Positions 1 through 9,714 of a DNA stretch of 64,000 nt are shown one piece after another. The translations under genes and the position numbers were made by a program. The notes below the pieces were generated by a model. It did not search any database and was not told where the DNA came from. It saw only the letters and a list, made by a program, of their open reading frames with translations. The first letter of the stretch is position 1. Every line of letters begins with the position of its first letter. This DNA comes from an uncultured Holophagales bacterium (GTDB taxonomy: Bacteria > Acidobacteriota > Thermoanaerobaculia > Multivoradales > UBA5704), in assembly GCA_963842525.1 (NCBI GenBank), contig CAWJGT010000025.1:477625-541624 (forward strand), written 5' to 3'.

Positions 1-89
1 GCTCCAGATAGCGGATGCCGATCCCGGCCATGCGCGGGCGGACCGGCTCGCTGGAGAGGAGGGCGATGCGGGTCATGGGGAGGGTGGAA

Positions 90-252
90 CCTCACCCCCT
101 GGCCCCCTCTCCCATCTCCCTTCCACCCCCCGCCGGGAGAGGGGGGACGCATCCAGAGCCGTTTGGCGAGCTCGCCACAGAGGCATCAACAACGTCCCCC
201 CTCTCCCGGGGTTGGGCGGGTGGGAGATGGGAGAGGGGGCCAGGGGGTGAGG
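90..252. repeat. Intergenic palindromic REP-like element, copy 1
   Basis: CCTCACCCCCTGGCCCCCTCTCCC...GGGAGAGGGGGCCAGGGGGTGAGG inverted pair; same family at 4452-4595 and 39459-39612. Confidence 0.8.
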
Positions 253-275
253 ACTCCGCGCCGCCGCCCACCCCC

Positions 276-2168
276 TCACGACCTCCTCCTCTGCCACCAC
301 TGGTGGGTACGCCACGCCCGGGTGGACTCCATCTCCCGGATCAGCCGATTGAGGCGTTCGATCTCCGCATAGGTGCGGCCGAGGTGCGCTGTCTGGTCGT
401 CGACGGCCGTGCGGAGCTTCCGCTCCTCGTCGTAGAGGCGCTGGAGCTCGGTCGACAGGCGGCCGTGCTCTTCCTTCGAGCCGGCCAGCTCGCCCGACAC
501 GTTGTGGAAGCGCTCTTCCCAGAGGAACCGCTCGCGGGCCAGGGCCTCGTGCGCCTGCCGGAGAGCCTCCAGATCGTTCCCCAGGCGGTCCACCTCCCGG
601 CGGGCGCTGGCCCAGCCCTCCTGCCCGGCTACGGCCTCGGCCCGTAGAGTGTCGACCGCCCGCGCCAGGACGTCCGGACGGAGGCGTCCGGCGTGCTTGG
701 CGAGCACCCGAGCCTTGATCGCCAGGAAGTCCCCGCGCTCCCGCGGGCGCTCGCCGAAGATGTGATGCGCGCCGCCGCGGAAGTGCCGGTATTCGCAGGT
801 CACCCGCGCCAGGTGATGGAACGGGGTGAGGGCCGCGAGGCGGATCAGGTAGTCCCAGTCCTCGAAGAAGGGGAGGCTTGGATCGAACGGTCCGGCTTCG
901 GAGAACAGACCGCGCTCGATGAGCAGGGTGTTGAACGGGATGTAGTTGTCGACCAGCAGGATGTCCGGATCGAAGTCGCGGCTGTAGGGGAGACGCCGGT
1001 CGCGGCAGGACCAGCCGCCGTCCGGGTCCAGCTCGTAGACCGCTACCGCGGCGTCGGTGTAGGCGACACGCACTCCGGCCGCTCCGACGAGGCCGGCCAG
1101 TGTCGCCAGGTGCTCGGGCGCGGCCAGGTCGTCGTCGTCCAGGAAGGCAACGAAGTCGCCGCTTGCCGCCGCGATACCGGCTTCGGCCGCGCCGGCCCGG
1201 CCGCGGCTTTCCTCCAGGTCGACCCGTACGACCGGCAGCGGGTAGTCCGGTGGCACCTCCGGCGGCGCGCCTCCATCGTTGACCAGGACCACCTCGGCGC
1301 GGTGGTACTCCCCCTCGGCCAGGCTCGCCAGGGCCTCGGCCAGCAGAGCCGGACGGTCGCGGGTGCGGACGATCACCGAGACGAGCGGTCCTTCGCGCAC
1401 CTCTGCGACCTCCGGCAGGCCGCCCAGGAAGCGGACGAGCTGCGCCGCGCTACGGGTCGTGAAGTCCTGGACGGTGAGCCGTCGGTAGGCCTCGGCGAGA
1501 CCGACCTCCGGGCCGAGGCTGAGGGTGCGGAACCGGCGCAGGCCCAGCCCGGCGTTCAAATAGGGATGCCGTTCCTCCTGGCTGCCATAGCAGGCCATGG
1601 CCGCCTCGATCGCCGGCCCTTCGGCCGTGACGTCGACCAGCAGGTCCGGATGGGCCGGGTGGTTGACCTCGTAGAGCAGGATGCGCAGGCCGCGGAAGGC
1701 CTCCTCTTCGAGCCCGCGCACTGGCGCGAGCAGGCGGTGGACGGCCGCGAAGGCGGCGCGGTGGTCGCGTGTCACCTCCAGGGGCGAGGGGACCAGCAGC
1801 AGCTCGGGCCGCTGCGTCAGGACGGCTTTCCGGATCCCCTCCACCGCCGCACCGAGGTGCTGGTCGAGAGAGCCATCGGGGAGGTCGAGCCCGGCCCAGC
1901 CGGCGAGGCCGAGGATCTGGGCGGCCTGGCCCACCTCCTGGCGGCGGCGCAGCCGGTAGGCCGCCCGGTCGGTGATCCCTTCGGTCGCCTCGCTCCCGCC
2001 GCCGCCGTCGGTCAGGAAGAGGACGCGCACCGCGGCGCCGGCCGTGGCGAGCTGGGCCAGGAGGCCGCCGCAGCCGAGGACCTCGTCGTCGTAATGGGGT
2101 GCGAGAACCAGGACGCTCGCGGCGCGCACCCGCTCGGTCCAGCCTGGAGGGGGTTGGACCCTGTTCAC
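276..2168 (-). CDS. PIG-L family deacetylase fused to a GT2 glycosyltransferase with a C-terminal coiled coil
   Basis: LAPHYDDEVLGCGG (PIG-L), VSVIVRTRDR and FLDDDD (GT2); GTG start at 2168 overlaps the sulfatase TGA (GTGA). Confidence 0.85.
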   Translation of the reverse strand: MNRVQPPPGWTERVRAASVLVLAPHYDDEVLGCGGLLAQLATAGAAVRVLFLTDGGGGSEATEGITDRAAYRLRRRQEVGQAAQILGLAGWAGLDLPDGSLDQHLGAAVEGIRKAVLTQRPELLLVPSPLEVTRDHRAAFAAVHRLLAPVRGLEEEAFRGLRILLYEVNHPAHPDLLVDVTAEGPAIEAAMACYGSQEERHPYLNAGLGLRRFRTLSLGPEVGLAEAYRRLTVQDFTTRSAAQLVRFLGGLPEVAEVREGPLVSVIVRTRDRPALLAEALASLAEGEYHRAEVVLVNDGGAPPEVPPDYPLPVVRVDLEESRGRAGAAEAGIAAASGDFVAFLDDDDLAAPEHLATLAGLVGAAGVRVAYTDAAVAVYELDPDGGWSCRDRRLPYSRDFDPDILLVDNYIPFNTLLIERGLFSEAGPFDPSLPFFEDWDYLIRLAALTPFHHLARVTCEYRHFRGGAHHIFGERPRERGDFLAIKARVLAKHAGRLRPDVLARAVDTLRAEAVAGQEGWASARREVDRLGNDLEALRQAHEALARERFLWEERFHNVSGELAGSKEEHGRLSTELQRLYDEERKLRTAVDDQTAHLGRTYAEIERLNRLIREMESTRAWRTHQWWQRRRS

Positions 2169-4447
2169 TGGATGTACCCCAGGGCGCGCAGCCGCTCCTC
2201 GGTTTCGGTGTTCGGCGCCGCAGAGGCGACCGGCTTGCGGTCCACCGGAGGCAGCCAGATGCGCAGCGACAGCCCGGAGGGCGGCGGCTGCCATCCCTTT
2301 TCCCGCAGCGATCGAGCGTCCACCGCGCCGCCGCCGTACGGAGTCCCGGGGCCGAGAAGCAGGCGGCCCGCCGGCAGAGGGGTCCCGCCAAGCCGGGCTT
2401 CCACGGACTCCAGGCGGGCGAAGCCCTCGCCGACGAGGAAACCCTTGCTCAATGTTTCGCCGCCCAAGTCGAAGCGCATCCGGTTGCCGTCGATCTCCAC
2501 CCGGTCTCCCTCGGCCAGGAAATAGGAGGCCCAGCCCGCGGCCGGCCGGTCGAGGACCAGCGAGCCGGTCAGCCGGGCCCCGGCGGGCAGGCCCGAGGCG
2601 ATGACCCGCAGGCCGGGGAGCTGGGCGTCGAGCTGGCGATGGATGAACGGCTGGAGAGCGTCCACCTGCCCGGGCGCCCGGTCCGCCAGGTTGGCCTTCT
2701 CGCGAGGGTCGGCGTCGAGGTCGTAGAGCTCGGCGCGGTGCATCCGCTCCAGGTCCAGGCTCCAGAGATAGGCCTGGAGCGGATCGTGGGGCGTGTAGGG
2801 CGTCTCCGGGTTGAAGAGGATGAGCTTCTTCCGGTCGAGCACCGCGGCGGCGCGCAGGGGGCCGATCATCATGTGCTGGGCGAAGGCGGCGAGGCGTGGC
2901 AGCGAGGACTTGCCTTCGAGCGCCGGCATCAGGTCGATCCCGTCCCACTCGGGCGCAGCCTTGCCGCCGCCGGCGCGGACCAGCGTCGGCAGGAGGTCCA
3001 GCAGGCGCACGGTGCCGCGCAGCCGCTTGCCCGCGGGGATGTGGCCGTCCCAGCGCATCAGCAGGGGCACGTGGATCTCCTCCTCGTAGAGGGTGAACCC
3101 GTGCTTCCACCCGCCGTGATCGTACAGCTCTTCGCCGTGGTCCGCCGTCAGCACGATCAGCGTGTCGTCCAGGATCTCCTGCGGCAACGACCGGATCAGC
3201 TCGCCGACCCAGCGGTCTGTATAGACGATCTCGCTGTCGTAGAGAGCCGTGAGCTGGGCCACGTCCTGCTCCGGGTCGCCGAGCGGGATCTTGCCCGAAT
3301 AGACGCCATGGACGTCGATCCCGGTCAGCTTCCCCTGATAGTTCGGGAAGAACGGAGACCGTTTGCCCCCGGTGTCCGGGTTCTCATAGGGATCATGGGG
3401 ATCGATGTAGTGGACGTAGCCGAAGAACGGTGCCTTCGAGCGTGCATGGGCGCGCAGCCAGCGCTGGGCGCGGCCGGTGAGCTGCTCGGCGTTCGGCTGG
3501 ATGCTCGGCATCGGAGGCGGCGTGAAAAAGGTGTGGAAACCGCGGTCGAAGCCGTTGCCGGTGTGCAGCGTCCGATTGGCGATGAAGGCGCCCGTCTCGT
3601 AGCCCAGGCCCTCCATCTCCTCGGCCAGGCTCTTGATTCCGGCCGGGATGCCGTAGGAGCGCGAGTCGCTGCCCAGGACCTCGCCGGGATGGCGGCCGGT
3701 CATGAACGAGACCACCGAAGGGAGAGTCCAGGGCGCCTGCGAGTGCGCCTCCTCGACGACCGTGCCGGGCCGGGCGAGGAGCTGTTCGATCTGCGGCGAC
3801 GTCGGGCGCCCATACCCGTAGGAGGTCAGATGGTCGGCGCGCAGGGTGTCCACCAGGATGAACAGGATGTTTGGAGGCTTGGGCGGCTGCTCGGGCCGGT
3901 CAGAGGCGGAGGAGAGGCGGACCGGGCTCCAGGCGATCAGGTTGGAGTGGCGGTGCTCGGCCGGCAGGTTCTCCAGGGAGGCGGCGAACTCCAGGGTGAC
4001 CTCGCGGCCGGCCCAGCGGGAGAGGTCGACCGTCGTGTCGAGCCAGTCGCGCCGCCATTTTCGCCGCGGGGTGAAGATCGCCTCCAGGACTTCGCGCTCG
4101 TCGCCGGCCCGCACTGTGACCCAGGCGCGGAAGCTCCGGATCACCGTCCAGGCCTCAGGGAGGATCTGGGCGCCGATGTGCAGCTCCGCCCGCTCCGGGA
4201 TGCGGCCGGTCCACCACCAGGGATCGACGGCGGTGAGGACGATCGGCCGCTTCTCTCCGTCGTAGGTCATGGGGAAGGCTTCGGGGGGCCGCTGAAAGCG
4301 GAGGCCGGCCTCTGCGGGGGAGGCGCCGATCGAGAACGCCTTGGCGGCTACGGCCGCGCGCAGCGAGAGGTCCTCGGGGAGGCGCGGGCCGCAGCTGGTG
4401 GCGAGGGCGAGCAGGGTGAGGATCAGGGCGGCGAGGACTCCGCCCAC
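2165..4447 (-). CDS. Sulfatase-like hydrolase/transferase (alkaline phosphatase superfamily), probable lipoprotein
   Basis: NILFILVDTLRADH, APWTLPS, HYIDPHDPY, TADHGEE, C-terminal ERLRALGYIQ; LATSC lipobox-like N-terminus. Confidence 0.85.
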   Translation of the reverse strand: MGGVLAALILTLLALATSCGPRLPEDLSLRAAVAAKAFSIGASPAEAGLRFQRPPEAFPMTYDGEKRPIVLTAVDPWWWTGRIPERAELHIGAQILPEAWTVIRSFRAWVTVRAGDEREVLEAIFTPRRKWRRDWLDTTVDLSRWAGREVTLEFAASLENLPAEHRHSNLIAWSPVRLSSASDRPEQPPKPPNILFILVDTLRADHLTSYGYGRPTSPQIEQLLARPGTVVEEAHSQAPWTLPSVVSFMTGRHPGEVLGSDSRSYGIPAGIKSLAEEMEGLGYETGAFIANRTLHTGNGFDRGFHTFFTPPPMPSIQPNAEQLTGRAQRWLRAHARSKAPFFGYVHYIDPHDPYENPDTGGKRSPFFPNYQGKLTGIDVHGVYSGKIPLGDPEQDVAQLTALYDSEIVYTDRWVGELIRSLPQEILDDTLIVLTADHGEELYDHGGWKHGFTLYEEEIHVPLLMRWDGHIPAGKRLRGTVRLLDLLPTLVRAGGGKAAPEWDGIDLMPALEGKSSLPRLAAFAQHMMIGPLRAAAVLDRKKLILFNPETPYTPHDPLQAYLWSLDLERMHRAELYDLDADPREKANLADRAPGQVDALQPFIHRQLDAQLPGLRVIASGLPAGARLTGSLVLDRPAAGWASYFLAEGDRVEIDGNRMRFDLGGETLSKGFLVGEGFARLESVEARLGGTPLPAGRLLLGPGTPYGGGAVDARSLREKGWQPPPSGLSLRIWLPPVDRKPVASAAPNTETEERLRALGYIQ

Positions 4448-4451
4448 CCGG

Positions 4452-4595
4452 CCCTCACCCCCGGCCCCTCTCCCATCCGCCCACCCCCACCGCCGGGAGA
4501 GGGGAGCTTCGCTTCGTTCACCGGAATCCGGATCTTCTCCCCCCTCTCCCGGTGGCCGGGAGGGCGGTTGGGAGAGGGGGGCCAGGGGGGTGAGG
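4452..4595. repeat. Intergenic palindromic REP-like element, copy 2
   Basis: Same inverted CCTCACCCCC/GGGGGTGAGG unit as 90-252. Confidence 0.8.
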
Positions 4596-4604
4596 GGCCG
4601 CGCC

Positions 4605-5312
4605 TCAACGCCCGTCTCTCCGCCCGCGCCAGCGCAGCATCAGCACGTCCCAGAACATGCGGAGGGAATCGGTCATGGGATTGACCCGCGACGAGGAGGA
4701 GTCGGCCCAGCGGACGCCCACCTCGACGACCCGGTAGCCGTGCCGGCGCGCGAGCCAGACCAGCTCGACGTCGTAGGCGAAGCGCTCGATCTGAAGCTTC
4801 CGGAAGAGCTCGCGCGCCACGTCCCCGTCCAGCAGCTTGAAGCCGCACTGGGTGTCGCGCAGGCCGCGCACGCCCAGCAGGCGGATGATCAGGTTGAAGG
4901 TCCGGCCCATCATCTCCCGGTATACGGGCTGGTGCAGGGTGATGTCCGAGCCGGCCACCGCGCGGCTGCCGAGGATCACCTCGGCCTCCTGGAGATGGGG
5001 CCGCAGCCGCTCCAGGTCCTCGATCGGCGTCGAGAGGTCGGCGTCGACCAGCAGCACCTCGTCGCCGCGGCTCTCCAGGACGCCGACCCGCAGCACCGCC
5101 CCCTTGCCGCGGTTCTCGGGCTGGCGCAGCAGGTGCACCCCCTGGGCCGCGAACTCCTCGGCCACGGCCGCGGTGGCGTCGGTGCTGCCGTCGTCGACCA
5201 CCAGCACCTCGTAGACGACCCCCTGGCCGCGCAGGTAGTCCACCACCCGCCGCAAAGTAGGGCGCAGGCGCAGTGCCTCGTTGTAGGCGGGGATGACGAC
5301 GGACAGGTCCAT
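4605..5312 (-). CDS. GT2 polyprenyl/dolichyl-phosphate glycosyltransferase
   Basis: LSVVIPAYNE, VDDGSTD, NRGKG, DADLS, DTQCGFKL. Confidence 0.9.
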   Translation of the reverse strand: MDLSVVIPAYNEALRLRPTLRRVVDYLRGQGVVYEVLVVDDGSTDATAAVAEEFAAQGVHLLRQPENRGKGAVLRVGVLESRGDEVLLVDADLSTPIEDLERLRPHLQEAEVILGSRAVAGSDITLHQPVYREMMGRTFNLIIRLLGVRGLRDTQCGFKLLDGDVARELFRKLQIERFAYDVELVWLARRHGYRVVEVGVRWADSSSSRVNPMTDSLRMFWDVLMLRWRGRRDGR

Positions 5313-5350
5313 AGAGCGGCCGGATTATATGCGGGGCTAGAATCGGGACG

Positions 5351-6736
5351 ATGCACCCCCTGCCGATCGACCTGCTGCGGCTGCACCTCCCGGCCGGGGA
5401 ACGCATCCTCCTGGTCTCTTCGGACCCGCCAGCGCAGCAGGAAGCCCTGGTTGCGGCGGGTTGGCCGGTCACGGCGGCCGACCCGGGCAACCTCCCGGCC
5501 GGCGAGGCGCGCTTCGCGGCGGCCGTCCTCCTGGACCGTTCCGAAGAGCCGCTGCCGGCCCTGCTCACCCGGCTCCACGGGCTTCTCGCCGACAAGGGGC
5601 GCCTGGTGATCGCCGGCCCGGAGCCCGGCCCGAGCGAGCTGACGATCACCCTCTCGGAAGCCGGCTTCGTGGTCCTCAAGCAGGAGGAGGTCCCGGGGGC
5701 AGGTACGCTCACCGCGGCGCGCCGCGAGGGCTTCTTCGTCCGCGAATACCGGGAGGGGGACGAGGAGCAGATCCTCGCCCTGTTCCGGCGCGGCTTCTTC
5801 GTCGACCGCAGCCTCGCGCGCTGGAGCTGGGAGTACCGGGAGAACCCCTACGGCAACCGGAAGATCAGCATGGCTTTCGACAGCGACGGCAAGCTGGCGG
5901 CCCACTACTCCGGCTACCCGGTGCGCTTCCACCGCGAGGAGGACGGCCGGACGCAGGCCCTCACCGCGCTGCAGATCGGCGACACCATGACCGAGCCCTC
6001 CGTCCGCCACGTGGGGCGGGGACCGACCAGCCTCCTGGGCCGCACCGTCCGCCACTACTACTCCCGGTTCTGCGACGGGCAGGTCGCCTTCAACTATGGG
6101 GTCAACACGGGCAACATCCAACGCTTTTCGATGAGCTTCGTCGGGGCGCGCCGCCTGGAGGACCTTCCCTACCACGTCCGCGATGCTGGTCCGCCGGTCT
6201 CCCTCCCGCACCCGCTGCGGGTCCGCCTCGCCGGCTGGCGTGTCGAGCGGATCTCACATTTCGACGGCCGCTTCGACGAGCTGTTCCGGCGGGTGGCCGG
6301 CGCCTACCGGCTCCTGATCGAGCGCGACGCCCGGTATCTCGATTGGCGCTATGGCCGCTGTCCGGACACCGAGTCCTTCATCTATGCCGTGTTCCGCCGT
6401 GCCCGCCTCGCCGGCTGGAGCGTCTTCCGCTACCGCAAGGGCCAGAGGGAAATCCTCTCCTGGGGCGACGCCCTGTTCGACCCGCGCCAGCCCGCGGCGG
6501 TCCCCCTCCTCCTGGCGCACGTCCTGGCCGCGCCCGAGCACCGGACCGCCCGAGCCGTCGACCTCTGGCTGACCCCGCGTCCCGCCTGGTGGGCCGACGG
6601 GATCCGCAGGCTGGGCTTCGAGCCCCGGCCCGAGCCCGAGAACCTGGGGCTCGTCTTCGTGCCGTTCGGCTTCGACCCGGAGGAGGCCTTCCGTGCGGGT
6701 CTGTACTACATGATGGGAGACACGGATCTGTTCTGA
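5351..6736 (+). CDS. GNAT-family acetyltransferase-like protein with an N-terminal methyltransferase-like segment
   Basis: VREYREGDEEQILALF..WSWEYRENPYG, RDARYLDWRY, C-terminal YMMGDTDLF. Confidence 0.7.
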   Translation: MHPLPIDLLRLHLPAGERILLVSSDPPAQQEALVAAGWPVTAADPGNLPAGEARFAAAVLLDRSEEPLPALLTRLHGLLADKGRLVIAGPEPGPSELTITLSEAGFVVLKQEEVPGAGTLTAARREGFFVREYREGDEEQILALFRRGFFVDRSLARWSWEYRENPYGNRKISMAFDSDGKLAAHYSGYPVRFHREEDGRTQALTALQIGDTMTEPSVRHVGRGPTSLLGRTVRHYYSRFCDGQVAFNYGVNTGNIQRFSMSFVGARRLEDLPYHVRDAGPPVSLPHPLRVRLAGWRVERISHFDGRFDELFRRVAGAYRLLIERDARYLDWRYGRCPDTESFIYAVFRRARLAGWSVFRYRKGQREILSWGDALFDPRQPAAVPLLLAHVLAAPEHRTARAVDLWLTPRPAWWADGIRRLGFEPRPEPENLGLVFVPFGFDPEEAFRAGLYYMMGDTDLF

Positions 6737-8544
6737 CGCATCCGCGTAAACCCGGTGATCCGCCCGGCCTCGTCCCGCGCCTCGATCCACCAGAAGAATT
6801 CGCCGCCGGGATAGAGCCGCTCCATGGTCTGGAAGAATGGATCGGGCAGGTCTGCCCGCAGGACTCCTCCCGCGACGCTCTCCGGGCCAAGATCGAAGAC
6901 GGCGCTGTTGCCCCGGGCCACGACCAGCAGTCGGAAGCGCCGGTGCGGTCCCGCGGGCACCGCCACCTGGACACCCTCGCGGGTGAAATCCACCGGTGCG
7001 CCGTCCGGCGGAGCGAGGACCTGGAGCTCTACCGGTGCCGGGTCCGGCCGGGGGATTGTGGCCAGCCGGACCGTGGCCCCATCCCATTCGTACACCCCGG
7101 CCCCGGGCGCGCCCAAGGCGACCGGCAGCAGCGCAGTCCCCTGGAGCGGCGGGAGTGGCCAGACCGGCACCGTTGCCTCCGTGAACGGAGGATGGACGGC
7201 GTCGCGCAGCCCGTAGTGGTAGACCTGCGCAATGGGAACCCCGACCTCGTTCATCACGAAATAGGGATACCGGGTGAGGAAGATCCGGTCCGCATGAGCC
7301 TGGATCAACGCCGTCTGGATCGTTCGCGCCGTCCTTCCCGCCTCCATGTAGGCACTCACATAGCCGGTGAGGAGGAAGGCCCAGAAGGCGCCGAAGAGCG
7401 CGAGGACCGCCGGCGCCAGAGTCCGCACCCGGACCGGCAGCGAAACAGCGACCGCCCGCGCCACGACCGCGGCAGCCAGGACCACGCCGACGACGGCCAG
7501 ATACCAATAGCGCCCGTTGCCAGGGACCGACGGCCGCAAGGCGAACGGCGCCTGAAACGCCAGAGCCCAGGCCCAGCCGAACAGCCAAAGCCGGACGTGG
7601 GACGAATCGAGCGCACGCCGCCGGACCACGAACAGGACGATCGGCAGGACGAGAACCAGGGTGCAGGTGACCGCGAGTATCCACGGCCCCGGCCAGCGGT
7701 CGTAGACCGGGACGTGGATCTGGTGGACCGAGGTCACGAGATCCATCAGAAGCTGTTTCACCTGGGGCGCGGTGAGCCGCTGGCTGTACTCCTCGTAACC
7801 GCCCACGAAGACGCCGAAGACCCGGCGTCGCAGCAGCAGGTATCCGCCGAGCACCGCGAAGAAGGGGAGGTACGCCGGCGCCAGCGCGAGATGGCGGCGC
7901 CCGCGGCGCGTCCCGAGCAGGTGGTCGTGGGCGGCGAGCACGGCGGGAAAGACCGCAGCGGCCTCATAGGACCCGAGAGCCAGCCCGAAAAGCCCCAGCG
8001 CGGCCCACCAGCCTGCGACGGAGCCCTCTTCCCGAAACCGCTGCCAGGCGAGGAACCCGCCGAGCAGGAACGCCGCGGCAAAGATCGTGGCGAAGCTGGC
8101 GCTGAAGACCACCGCGTTCGGGTGCAGAGGATAGAGGGCGAAGAGCATCGCCGCGGCCAAGGGCACGAAACTTGTTCCTGACGCGAGCCGCCGGATGATC
8201 GCCCAGACCAGCAGCACATTCAGGAGATGGACCAGCAGATGCACGAGGTTGTAGCCCACCGGCCGGGCCCCGAAGGCCGCGATCTCTAAGCCGTAGATGA
8301 AGGTCGAGACCGGACGCCAGAACCGTACGGCCGTGATTCCCAGCCAGGGCTCGGCAAGCTGCGCCCAGAGGTCCCGCCAGGGTGGGTGCTCGCCGAGGAA
8401 CCGGATGAGGAGGTAGTCCTCGCTGGTAAAGGGGCGGACGAGCGCCCGGCCGTAGAAGGCCAGGACGGCCGCGGCAAGGACCCAGGGCGCGGATCTGGCC
8501 AGCCACCCCGGACCCGCGCTCGCCGCGGAGGGTTCATTCGGCAT
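6706..8544 (-). CDS. Multi-pass membrane protein, GT-C/PMT-like glycosyltransferase
   Basis: FTSEDY, FWRPVS, YNLVHLLVHLLN, LFALYPLH, LGSYE motifs; many TM segments. Confidence 0.65.
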   Translation of the reverse strand: MPNEPSAASAGPGWLARSAPWVLAAAVLAFYGRALVRPFTSEDYLLIRFLGEHPPWRDLWAQLAEPWLGITAVRFWRPVSTFIYGLEIAAFGARPVGYNLVHLLVHLLNVLLVWAIIRRLASGTSFVPLAAAMLFALYPLHPNAVVFSASFATIFAAAFLLGGFLAWQRFREEGSVAGWWAALGLFGLALGSYEAAAVFPAVLAAHDHLLGTRRGRRHLALAPAYLPFFAVLGGYLLLRRRVFGVFVGGYEEYSQRLTAPQVKQLLMDLVTSVHQIHVPVYDRWPGPWILAVTCTLVLVLPIVLFVVRRRALDSSHVRLWLFGWAWALAFQAPFALRPSVPGNGRYWYLAVVGVVLAAAVVARAVAVSLPVRVRTLAPAVLALFGAFWAFLLTGYVSAYMEAGRTARTIQTALIQAHADRIFLTRYPYFVMNEVGVPIAQVYHYGLRDAVHPPFTEATVPVWPLPPLQGTALLPVALGAPGAGVYEWDGATVRLATIPRPDPAPVELQVLAPPDGAPVDFTREGVQVAVPAGPHRRFRLLVVARGNSAVFDLGPESVAGGVLRADLPDPFFQTMERLYPGGEFFWWIEARDEAGRITGFTRMRQNRSVSPIM

Positions 8545-8559
8545 GGCCGGGGATTGTAT

Positions 8560-9684
8560 CTAGGCGAGGACCCGCAGGGGGTTCGAGCTCGGCACGAAGT
8601 TGCGCAGGCGGACCGGAAGGCGCCGCGCACCCCAGGTGCCGGGCGGGCCGTCGAAGCAGCCGGCACACGCCGTGCCGCAGGAGCGGCACTTGCCGTCCTC
8701 TGTGAGATTCCACCCGGTCAGCACATACCAGTCGCGGCCGATCAGCTTCGCGCCGCAACCGTGGCAATAGGTGCTGCCGCCGTCCTCGTCGTGGACATTG
8801 CCCGTGTAGGCATAGCGGATGCCGTTCGCCAGAGCGATCTTGCGCGCCCGGGTGAGCGTCGCCGGTGGCGTCGGCGGATGGTCCAGCATCTTCCAATCGG
8901 GATGGAAGGCGGTGAAGTGGATCGGCACGTCCGGCCCCAGCTTGTCGACGATCCACCGCGTCATCTCGTCGATCTCCTGGGCCGAGTCGTTCTCGCCCGG
9001 GATCAGGAGGGTCGTGAGCTCGAACCAGACATCGGTTTCGTGCTTGAGGTAGACGAGGGTGTCGAGCACCGCGCCCAGCTCGCCGCCGCAGATCTTGCGG
9101 TAGAAGCGCTCGGTGAAACCCTTGAGGTCGACGTTCGCCGCATCCATATGCCGGTAGAATTCGACCCGCGGCTCAGGGCAGATGTAGCCGGCGGTCACCG
9201 CGACAGGGTGGATTCCCTGTTCGCGGCAGGCGTCCGCCACATCCATGGCGTACTCCAGGAAGACCACAGGATCGTTATACGTAAACGCCACGCTCGAGCA
9301 GCCGAGCCGCTCCGCCGCCGCGGCGATCGCTTCGGGGGTGGCCTGGTCGGCCAGCGTGTCGAGCTCTCGCGACTTGCTGATGTCCCAGTTCTGGCAGAAC
9401 TGGCAGGCCAGGTTGCAGCCGGCCGTGCCGAAGGAGAGGATCGGCGTCCCCGGCAGGAAGTGGTTGAGCGGCTTCTTCTCGATCGGATCGACGCAGAACC
9501 CGCTCGACCGCCCCCATGTCTTGAGCACGATCTGGTCGTCTTCGCGGCCGCGCACGAAGCACAGCCCGCGCTGCCCTTCCAGCAGCTTGCAGAACCGGGG
9601 GCACACATCGCACTGGATCCGCCCGTTGTCGAGCGCATGCCAGTACTTCGTGGGAACGGTGTCGTTGAACGTCGCGTCACTCAT
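8560..9684 (-). CDS. amrS: AmmeMemoRadiSam system radical SAM enzyme
   Basis: CDVCPRFC, DPIEKKPLNHF, GCNLACQFCQNWDIS (CxxxCxxC), YTGNVHD. Confidence 0.9.
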   Translation of the reverse strand: MSDATFNDTVPTKYWHALDNGRIQCDVCPRFCKLLEGQRGLCFVRGREDDQIVLKTWGRSSGFCVDPIEKKPLNHFLPGTPILSFGTAGCNLACQFCQNWDISKSRELDTLADQATPEAIAAAAERLGCSSVAFTYNDPVVFLEYAMDVADACREQGIHPVAVTAGYICPEPRVEFYRHMDAANVDLKGFTERFYRKICGGELGAVLDTLVYLKHETDVWFELTTLLIPGENDSAQEIDEMTRWIVDKLGPDVPIHFTAFHPDWKMLDHPPTPPATLTRARKIALANGIRYAYTGNVHDEDGGSTYCHGCGAKLIGRDWYVLTGWNLTEDGKCRSCGTACAGCFDGPPGTWGARRLPVRLRNFVPSSNPLRVLA

Positions 9685-9714
9685 CCAGAGGGTGCAACGC
9701 AGGCGGGAGTCCGG

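Noticed and set aside
8560-9684. Complete AmmeMemoRadiSam system
   Set aside because: Only the radical SAM gene is present; AmmeCR1- and Memo-like partners are not seen in this window
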